This document shows positions 54,101 to 64,000 of a DNA stretch of 64,000 nt, in pieces (the first letter of the stretch is position 1; every line of letters starts with the position of its first letter). Location of the stretch: assembly GCA_973895155.1 (NCBI GenBank), contig OZ316896.1:15376576-15440575 (forward strand), read 5' to 3'. The stretch comes from Marsupella aquatica (Eukaryota; Plantae; Marchantiophyta). A model generated the notes under the pieces. The model saw only the letters and a program-made list of their open reading frames with translations. It searched no databases and was not told the origin of the DNA. Position numbers and translations under genes: made by a program.

Positions 54101-57100
54101 AGTAATGTCTTTCCTAGTTGGCACCAAAAAAGCTCAAATGAGGCGTCCTACATACCTTGGCAGTTTGTCGAGCGGCCAAGACCATGGGTATGCGTTCATC
54201 CTCTTTCTCCCACTCTCCATAAAGACGATATCTCGCCTGTTATAGATAAGCACAGAAGGATGACAATTTCCAAGAAGAAATTCAAAAATAAACCTACTAT
54301 ACTGAATGTGAAACATATATCCCCATCAGTTACGTCCGGCAAAGTATTCTAATCTAGTAAGACAAACTTGACACCTTCGAGCAAAGTCTTCCATCTAAGG
54401 TCACTAATCAGTCAAGTGGAAGAAGATCTGACGTGCACATAAATTAAGTACTCTTTGATGATAATACCTACAATCACCATCCACATCTTCCGGGATGCAA
54501 AGGCTTCTTCTCCTCACTCATCTGCAAGTTCGACTTCAGCAGGGCTCCCAGCAAACGAAGCAATGAGCTTCAGTTCACAAAGCAATGTGGTAATATGAAG
54601 AGATTATGAGCATTACCTCATAAGGAAGAAGACTCATCACATCCCATATTTCAATCCCCACAGCTGGATTGGCTGGCAGAAGCTGCAACGAAGGAAGTAG
54701 GGACGAACCCAACGCCTCTTCTACTCTTTGTCGAGCTTCTTTTAAGGCACCGCGAGAATCTCGTCGGTCATTTTCAATTCCATCCACTGCATTGGCGACG
54801 GGACTTGAATTTGAAGACAAGGCTGCTGAAAAGTAGCTTTTGAGAACCCGGCAGACCTGTATGCAACAATGATAGTTGGACTACAAAAGCAATAACGAAA
54901 ACACAACATAAATGTTGAACATCATGTTCATCTACAGACCTAGCCCATTAGAAGTACGAAGTTCCTATTTAAGTGTACACTGACTAATCGTCATCTTCAC
55001 GGACAGGCATTCCCCCACCGTTCCCCCATAAACCTAAGAAATTAACACACATGGCACCGTACTTCCAAACCTCAACTCAAAACCCTCAGACTAAATCATC
55101 CGTGAAAGACATCTGGGACTCACCTTTTGTAGCAGAAGCACATCACGATGAAGATAAGGACCGATGCAAGAAAGCATTTGGAAAAAATCTTTGGGGAGCT
55201 CAGAGCTCATAGGACTTTGCCCTGGATGTCGTTTTAGAACGTCTCCACCTCCACCAAAACTTCCTTGAGGACCAAGTTTTGATAAATATGGAGGCCTGAC
55301 GGTGGCATAGTATGGCCCAATAGCTTTCTCAATGGATCTGCAGGACAGAGAAGAAACCTGACACTTAAAAACGATGCTCCAGTACATTCTACCCGCAGTA
55401 GCTACAGTTCTATCAGCAGTAATACACCACTCCACGTCAGCCTCCGGTACAACAGTCTGAAGCACAGCTTTCAGCGTCTAAGACAGATCTCCAAGCTAAC
55501 ATGAAGGATCGGAAGTGTTAAAGCACTCAATCACCTGGATAGCCCTTCACATATCTGTGGATGGGCAGCTGGGTTCAGAGCAGAGAGGCGCTCAAAGAGA
55601 ATGTAAGCATGGGGCCTGTCAATTACCATAATTGATCAACAACAGATCCTGATCCCACTGACATCTATAAATTTAGGAACCTCAATTTGATGAAAGAACT
55701 CTTTCCATAGCTTAAGGAGGAAAGCTTATAGTCCAAAACATTTTCTGGAGATCGTACACTAGAATCAAATTTTAAACTTGCGAAAGGAAGAAATTTCAAA
55801 AGGATTTACTGAACCACTATAGGTTTCGGTAACGAGACTGACTAAACTATAATTCCCAGTAATGAACAACTTACCAGTCATCAACTGCAAGAAACCCAGT
55901 GAGGAGTCCCAATTTTTGATTGGTGACCATTTCTTTAGAGCGTTCTATTACAGCTTCATTTTCCATATCTAAAGCAGCATATAAGTAGACTGTGATGTCA
56001 CCAGGTTTCTCCTCCTCCATAAGATCTTTCCCTGTAGCAGCAAGATTTATTTTGCCTATTCTATTTGCCTGCACCAAGAGACAACCAACAAGAACTGAGC
56101 CAGTCATCAAAATATGAATATACACGAAAGCTGGTTCCATAACACTATTCAGAGGAGCTAATCCCAATTAAAGCCATCTCAATTTTGTGAGAGTTTGCTT
56201 ACCTCATCTATTCGTCGCTTAGAAATTTCTTCATATTGCTCTAAAGCATCTTCGTCCTTTGGAAGCAAATGCGCATAACTACATGAGCAAATCACCTAAT
56301 TAGAACAAGGATTGCATAAAATATAATACGCAATAAAACGATGCATCCTGCAATTGTAACATTCCCATTAACTTCCAACAGAGAAAAGATCGGTTCAGAT
56401 ACATACATGCTATCGAGATCAATAAAATCTTCCTTTATCAGAGTTGCTGCTAATCTGTAAAGTCCAGTTGGTACTGGGTCTTCAACTTCAGGCCGCTGAT
56501 AATATTGGAATTTAAATCCAAGAATGTGTGACATGTGAGACTGTTAAAAGCCAAGCACCAATGGATCAGAGAATTTACAAAACCAAGTAACGTAATCCCA
56601 CTTGATAAAATTATCATGTTTACATAGCCAAAATCTCACGACGTTCCACCAGCAGTGTCCAAGGACAGTCTAACTTCTGTCCGTGCCAAACAAGGTAAGG
56701 ATCTTCATCACATGCAAAGTGTTAAGAGCTGGCATAGGCAACAACGTGATGTATCAAGCTCACAGCAAGTCGCCAACCATCGTCCTCGAGGAATTTGCGA
56801 TGAGAGGTTTTGATAAAAATCAGAACGGATGCCTTCTAGTCCAGATAATAGATGCACATTCATCCAATACATGGTGTCGTCGTGCACTCAAGGGAAAGCA
56901 TGTCCTACCAAGCCCAGTTCAAAAATATTCTATCACCTCTTATAAGCAAATGAAAGAACAGGTAGGTGAAAACAAACCATACGCTTAGACTCTTGTCAAA
57001 TGAGATGCAAATTTCCATATTATAAGAATTTAATGGATATTCTACCCACAAACGGCAGTTAGGTGTCTGCTTGGAATCCGCGGCCCCTTGGCATACAATT

Positions 57101-60100
57101 CAATTTGACATGGAGGCACAGTCTCACCTTATAACAAGGGAAAGGAGTTCGGACAAGTGTACAACATTTTCACCAGCATCCAGACGAATTCATACCTTAG
57201 GAAAGAGTGGTATAAGCTCCAGGAAGGCAGAATTTTCAGGTTGCAACTCGTAACACTCCAATACCTGTTCCAGAAATTAGAAAGAGCCAGACAAAGTTAT
57301 AGTCAAAGTTATAGTCATAGTTATATTATGGCAAGAACAAAAAAACCAGGGACACGAACACATCAAAGTAAAGTGTAATAAATGGCTAAGGAGAGTGTCG
57401 ACAGCATGTCCATTGGATTAAAGAGACAATGAATTATGCAGTTACATTTGGATCTGATTGTAATCCAAACAAAGTATGCGAATTGCAATGAGATACGTAG
57501 GACAAGAAACTCACAATGTCAAAAACACGATTGGGATCTAGGTCAAAATGTCCAATAAGTGACTGCACAAGACGAGTCCAAAGACGACAACAAATAAGTA
57601 CAACTTTGGAACAGATGTGAGTTAGGACCCCGAAAGAAGTATCACGCATGTTCATGGGTATTCAGTGCATCACATCCAGGTCAATGATAACAGAGAGAGG
57701 AAGCGTCTGAGTTTTTCGGTAAATCGAAACGACTTGAACAGAGTCTTGCACCTGATCACAATCACAGAGCTTTGATAACTCCTAAACTTTAGAAGGAATT
57801 CATGTAGACACGTCCATGAAGTTGACCTCAGACAACAATTAAACGAAAGGGAGACTAATATGTAACCTTGATTGTGCTGATCACAGCTTGGGATGTTTGT
57901 TCTGTTAATCCGTCAGGTCCTTGTTGACATAAAAGCGTCAACTGGTAACAGCCAACACATTGTGAGAACTAAGGCACTTATCCAATCGATTGTAACAGTA
58001 TTATGGTTATCAAACTCAGATCAGTCACATGCTGCGTAATGGCTACAACAAACCAGTAAAAATCCTTCTGCTACAAGGACTCAAAGCGAAAATATCCTCC
58101 TGACTTCAGGACAAGCAACATGCATTGCCATGAAGCCGGAAAAACAAACATAAGATTGCATCACATCCGTTAAGAGACCAGAACAAACGTTCAATGCTGG
58201 TAAAGGAGATTTCCTATTTTCGTATAATGCATAATTTGCAATCTATCAAATTTATCAAATATAAGTTTGGCACCATATCGTTGTAAATTTTGACTCAAAG
58301 ACGAGGCTGAGCGGTAAGGATTGTGCCAAAATGAGCAGCTGCGGCAGATATTTTATATTTGAAATTGAAGACTCCAAGTAACGATATGACAGTTTTGCCA
58401 AACAGACAGTAGGAAAGCTATTCTCATATACAGTTAAACAAGGACTTCTCACCAAAACAATACTTGTCCACAACCTATGAAAAGCACATTTGAACGAGGT
58501 ATCGCCTTTAATCCTTCGACGTGCAACAACAATCTAAGAGTAAAGTTTCAGATACATACCAGCTTGGCATATCCTTCACTCTCTTCTCGCAGCAAATTGA
58601 ACTTAGTTTGCTGGTACAATAATCTTGTATTCACCCTCACCTGTAAACACGGTAACAAAAGGGCTTGGTATTCAATTCCTTTTAGGAAATTTCAGCAAAC
58701 TTTGGAATCCTGCCTAACAAAATCTCTGACACCAGTTCCAATTTTTAGAGGTGCACTGCATAATATAGCGGAAGTACCTCTTTTGATTTTAGCTCATTCG
58801 CTTTAATTCTAATCATTTCAGCTTCCCACAGAAATTCTGCCTGCAAAATCAACATTAAAAATCAAATTTTGTACTGTGACTTGCTCAAGGTAGGACATAA
58901 TAATAAGGAACATATAGAGAGAACTAAGTCTTCACAGATAGATAATGCAACCAGGGATATAATAGGCTGATGTTTCATAAAACAAGCACATTAAAAGTAT
59001 GCGGACAAATTCGTCAATCGTCCAACACCGCACCAATTGACAGTCTACACGTGGCCTGTCAGTAACGTCGGCTCACTTCACCTCCTTATTGGGCTCACTT
59101 TCAATTTCTCAAATGCAACACGCGACATTTATGATCTTATTTCACTCAGCGCACTTTCTGCTTATACTCTGTCTCCCTAGCCCTTTAGTAAGGTTCTATG
59201 CGCCTTCAATAATTTCAAATCAATTACCTCAACTCACCCTCCATTAAGATAACCAACGAAAATTTCAGTGCTTGTGCTTCAGAAAATTGCACCAAACATA
59301 GCAATTATGTGAAATGAAGACAGCCTAGAACCTGTCTACTTCAGCATAGACTTCGCATTACCTCGCATCGTTCCTGAAGCAACCTCACATGCAAGAGCTC
59401 CGAGTGCACCAGCCATTTTGCCTAAAACAACATTCCCGGGCGATCGTTATATGAGCAACGGAAGGAACAGTATTGCGAGAGAACGGAAAGAAATACTGCC
59501 ACACAACAACTCGATGAAAAAAATCGTCTCTATCTTCGTAGGATATCATTCACAGTTGCTAAGAGAGGCTATTGCGCAAGCAAGTCAAGCCATATCTTGA
59601 ATCCTTTTTCTTAAAATCTATCTTGCCCGGTATAACCTTTAGATTACCCACTAACACAAACTTGCAATAGTAGAGTCTCTACCAACAACAAATGGTATTC
59701 ACCAACTCGGCTTCATTATAACTGAAATCGTACTCATTAACAAGACTGCCCTATTCTGTCCAGGTTGGCAAACTTACAAGTTCTATCAGGCGAGTTCGCA
59801 ATTCTCCGGGGAGGGTAAGCTGAAATAAACCCATACGCGTATATTAGCAATCTAGTCACCTAAGCCATCAACCCTACGACACATATCTCTGAACTGAAAT
59901 GGAACCGAAGAAGTAGAATACAATCTCAAACACTGTAATCGCGACTTCTGAGGGCAAGTAAAGATAAAGCAAAAACAAGGGATATTTCATCCACCTCAAA
60001 TTGCAGGTACACACCTCCTGGCCCATATGGGCGACGGTATCCGCAAGCAACGAAGAAGTATTCTCTTTTGATGAGGGATCCACTAGACCAACAGCATCCA

Positions 60101-61286
60101 AAGCAACTCGGCATTTGGTGAGAGGTAAGTCGCCTCTTACCTGCAGACCGTATCAAATTGGGATTCCTAGGTTCATTAGAACTAACAAGAGAAACAGAAC
60201 TTTGACAAATCCATGTTAACATAGCCCTAATTGCTTCGAGCACATAAAAGACAAAGGTAGCCCAGTCCACCAAATGCATTGGAAAAATCAGCTTTGATGC
60301 TACTTGTCCAGGCTTCTTTCGAGAATTCTTTGTAAGGTGCACTTCACGTCACAAGATCGTGATGTGAAATGATAATTATTACGATACTGTCGGATGTCAA
60401 ATTTCTTCTCCAAATTTACCGCGAACATATGACAGCCGCTTCAAAGCAGCCGCGAATCACGCCGGAAGTAAGGTCCAATGCGGGAATAATAAGTAGCTAC
60501 CAAACTTGACTCGAACAGGTTGTCTGGGAGCTGGACGAGATCAGCTGAAATTTCCGAGAGCTGTCATCGACTACTGCTAATTGAGTCCCCCTCGAAGGGT
60601 ACAACTCCTCTTTCCAAGATGAATCATATTTTGAAAACACAAGCGACGAAGACCTAACCACAAACGCCAGAAAATACTAAAAAATGTGCTATGCGTATAA
60701 CAGTCATAACGCGTTCTTCGTCAAGTCCTGGCTAAACGCGGATGGTAAAATGCTTCGGGAACTCAAAGAGATCGGGGAACACGAGCTTTTAAAAGATCCG
60801 ACCAAGACGAATTCTCGAGAAAGTATACTATTCAAAAATGTCCCAATTCGCCTCCATATCCATTTTCACCTCGCAAATTGTAATCGTGGATTTTAAAAAT
60901 TGACGAACAATGCCATTCACCGTGCCCAGTGTTTCATCTAGATTCAACGGTGGCTGTCCAGAAGATTTCGAGCAAATCACGCACTAATGCTACATCATAT
61001 TTGCATTCAACCTGAGTACAACAAACGGGACGAAAGGGACTGCCACCGAAAAATGACATAATCAGCGATCTCATTCGAATAATAGATCCAGGACTGACTT
61101 AAAACCAGAGGTTATAGATCACACGTATTCATCAATCAGACTGTTTCTTACCACAGTCCAGCATAACTCGTAAACGAATCGAGCAGGGGACACTTTTTCT
61201 TGCAACTTGCGGGCGCTGTTGGTGCTCTTCCATTCCCGCATACACTCCTCGGTCACGTATTTGCATTCCAGCGCCACGATAGCCAT
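45171..61286 (-). CDS. THO2: THO complex subunit 2 (THO2/THOC2), multi-exon gene (envelope of CDS)
   Basis: Exon 1 61286-61152 encodes [20 protein letters not shown]...YELCWTV. Internal exons encode [75 protein letters not shown] and [11 protein letters not shown]. The last exon reads [22 protein letters not shown] (TAA 45173-71). The introns checked are GT-AG. Confidence 0.97.
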
Positions 61287-61860
61287 CCTGCCTCTCCTAC
61301 TCCGCTGGCCTCTGCTTCGCCTACTTCTCTGTACTCTAAAATCGGGCTACCATTTTCCCACTCCCAGCAGGAACACACATTTGACAGGCCACCCTAATCG
61401 TCCAACATAGCTATATCTAGTGACTCTTTTTCACTAAACCCTCCATTCTTCCCTCGCACCTCAAGAAAACCAATTGAGATCACACTAACAATTCATTCCG
61501 ATTGCTCTAAAAGCCACAACCCACGCAATCGAATTCCGTTCCCTGGCCATCCAAATGTTGCCAATCCGGCCACCCAGTTCTCCATTCCGCAATACACGAC
61601 ATCGACAGTCGCGATCCTCCTCAGCTCCTCCTTGGGAGAGTGTGCAATCAAGGTTCCCCTTGTGTGACCTAGACGAGCCTGCCACTCTGGACCTTCCCCA
61701 TTCCCTCCCTCATCTCTTTCCCAACATTAATTAATACTCTCTTTCCCTTCTGCCCTCGCTTGTGGGGTTGTGCTTCATCGCATTTCTGACCTTTCTTACG
61801 TTGTATGTATATGTCTGCATATGCTACTACAGTCTTGTTTATAGAGGACCTTTGTTACCT

Positions 61861-61893
<33 letters not shown>

Positions 61894-61897
61894 GTAT
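61861..61897. repeat. (TGTGTA)n microsatellite
   Basis: tgtgtgtatgtgtatgtgtatgtgtatgtgtatgta. Confidence 0.85.
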
Positions 61898-62505
61898 ATT
61901 CTACTAAAGTCTTGTTTACAAGGGTCTTTGTGTGCCAGAATGCTCCTTAAACTGAGAGCCTCAGCTGGAGTTTTGAGGGACATTATTGTGGGGTTGTGTT
62001 CATCCCATTCAGAACTTTTTTACCTTAAAATGTAAATGTATGTACATACTACAAAAGTGTTTTTACAAGGGTAATTGGCTGCCAGAATGCTCCCTCAAAA
62101 TGAGAGCCCCAGCTGGAGTTTGGAGGCGCTATTATTGCACACCATGAGTTGATACACTTATTTTACTACTTCGGTCAAAAATAATAGAGAACTTTCATAG
62201 GGAGTTTATAAATGCCCTGAATTAGAGAGGGAACAATCATGGAGAGCATTGAGTACATAGTAAAGTCCTGTTAGGTTATTGTGGCCCATAACTAGAAAAA
62301 TCAAGAAGGCCAGAAAATGCATGGTAAAGTCCTGTTTGTTTCCAGGGTGTTGTGGGCCAGAATGCCCCCCCAATGAATGTCTTTGTTCAAGTTTTGAGGG
62401 GCTATTAGCACGTAGTAATGTTCTGGTAAGAGGGTATTGTGGGCCAGATTGCCCTGAACTACAAGTGATTCAGCTCAAGTTTTGAGCCCATAATGCCCTT
62501 GTAAG

Positions 62506-62629
62506 AGGGAGTTAGTACACTTAAAGGCTGAAGAGATTTTTAAATTTACTATTTTAAGGAAAAGTACAAGGGAGTTAGTACACTTGAAGGCTGAAGAGAT
62601 TTTTTAATTTACTATTTTAAGGAAAAGTA
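62506..62629. repeat. 63-bp tandem duplication within a degenerate repeat region upstream of THO2
   Basis: agggagttagtacactt...ggaaaagta occurs twice. Other diverged duplicated blocks lie at 61760-62130. Confidence 0.8.
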
Positions 62630-64000
62630 GACTGAGGAGAAGTCCATTATTCCCCAAACCAAATCTGGACTCTGTATTCTTCTCCATAAAAGCATGAAAA
62701 CTACAAGGAGAAAATCATGAAGGGCAGTAAGTATATAATAACTGTACCTACACTAGTTGGAGTGCCTGTTCTTTGATAAACAGATGTGAGAAAATTCAAG
62801 CCAATTGCACCATTTTCAAAAATTTACTCTGCCCCTACCCCCCATCCCCATTTCCCACTCCCAACTTAAGTTTCATCCCTAGAGTCATAGTCTAGAGACT
62901 TCAATGTAGACCAAGCTGTAAGAGTAGCTTTTAATTGTGATTATATACTTAGATAGTACCTGGCAAGAGGCATTGCTATTGTTACACAAGTTTTGGGGGG
63001 CTACTATTGCCCATTATGCCCTTATAAGGAGGCCTTAATACCTAAGAGGTTTTCTTATTTTACTAGTTTTAGCAAAAACTAGAGAAAACATTTCATAATA
63101 CCTTGCTCCAAATCTGGAATGTACATTCTTCTCCATATCTTACTAATAAATTGGGAACATACACTTGAGTTAGGGTCTAGGCTTCTAGAGTGAAGCCTCT
63201 AGACCATGACTCTCTTAAGGATTGCTCTTAGTTTTGTGACTCAAAGTTTACGGCACTTAGGCTAACCACAGTTAGGATCTTAGCTAAAGTTAGGTTAGTC
63301 GTGTGTGAACTTGTACATACCAAGGCCAGTGTAAGCCGATGGCATATGGTGCTTACTCATTGTAACGGAGCAACTTGAGGACAAGGGAGAGCATGTGTGT
63401 TCGTCTACTCTTGAAGTAAAGCTTGAGTGTTCGTGTGGACGTAGCCTTAGAGAAGAGGTGAACCACGTAGAGATTGTGTCGACTACATGTGCATGGAATG
63501 AGTCATGGTTGTATGGTCGTTGCGAATGACGTCTTAGTTCAAGAGACTCTAGGGCTCCACCAACATTTGCACATGACAATGGGAAATATAGATGTCAAAA
63601 TGAATCATTATGATTTTTGTCATCAGTCCTATTAATATTCAAAGAATGGACATTCAAGATTGTACTAAAAGAAGGCAAACTCATTTGGCTACTCTTAGAG
63701 CCTACGATGCTTTACGGGGGCTTGCTTTATGGATGCTTTCACTCTTCTTTTAGTATATGTACTCTATGTATGTAGCAAGCATGGCATGCCAAAATGGAAG
63801 TCCAATGGCTATTGGGTTTTTGCCTACCTCCTCAAATTAGCACCGAGTGATCATCAGATCTTTGTCGTGCATATACACATTGCTACACAAAATACATTGT
63901 TTGTCACACACATTCATATACATGTACAGACAAACATAAGAGAATGTGATACAAGTAATACTTTGAGTTATGCCACTATTTGTGGATGAGGTTATTGTGA

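Noticed and set aside
44570-61410. Short plus-strand ORFs across the THO2 locus
   Set aside because: Antisense shadows of THO2 exons or chance intronic ORFs with no recognisable motifs.

Overview
Eukaryotic nuclear DNA from a land plant. A bryophyte or liverwort source is inferred from the protein sequences and TE types and is not proven. The left ~40 kb is a nested retrotransposon cluster with four parts. (i) A young minus-strand non-chromovirus Ty3/gypsy element has 4.65-kb LTRs that themselves carry a ~1100-codon ORF, and a -1 frameshift signal between gag-pro and RT; it is inserted in an L1-type LINE. (ii) A decayed Ty3/gypsy pol carries a DNMT3-like C5 cytosine methyltransferase in frame between protease and RT, plus a PHD finger at the integrase C-terminus. 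(iii) A four-level nest of solo LTRs follows, two of which carry homologues of the LTR-borne ORF, one as an open 882-aa frame with a TSD. (iv) MITE-like and Harbinger-like remnants. The right part holds a duplicated THO2 exon fragment, an F-box/Kelch gene run into a C-rich minisatellite, and a complete multi-exon THO2 gene on the minus strand. All coordinates and identities were read by eye; no database searches were run.
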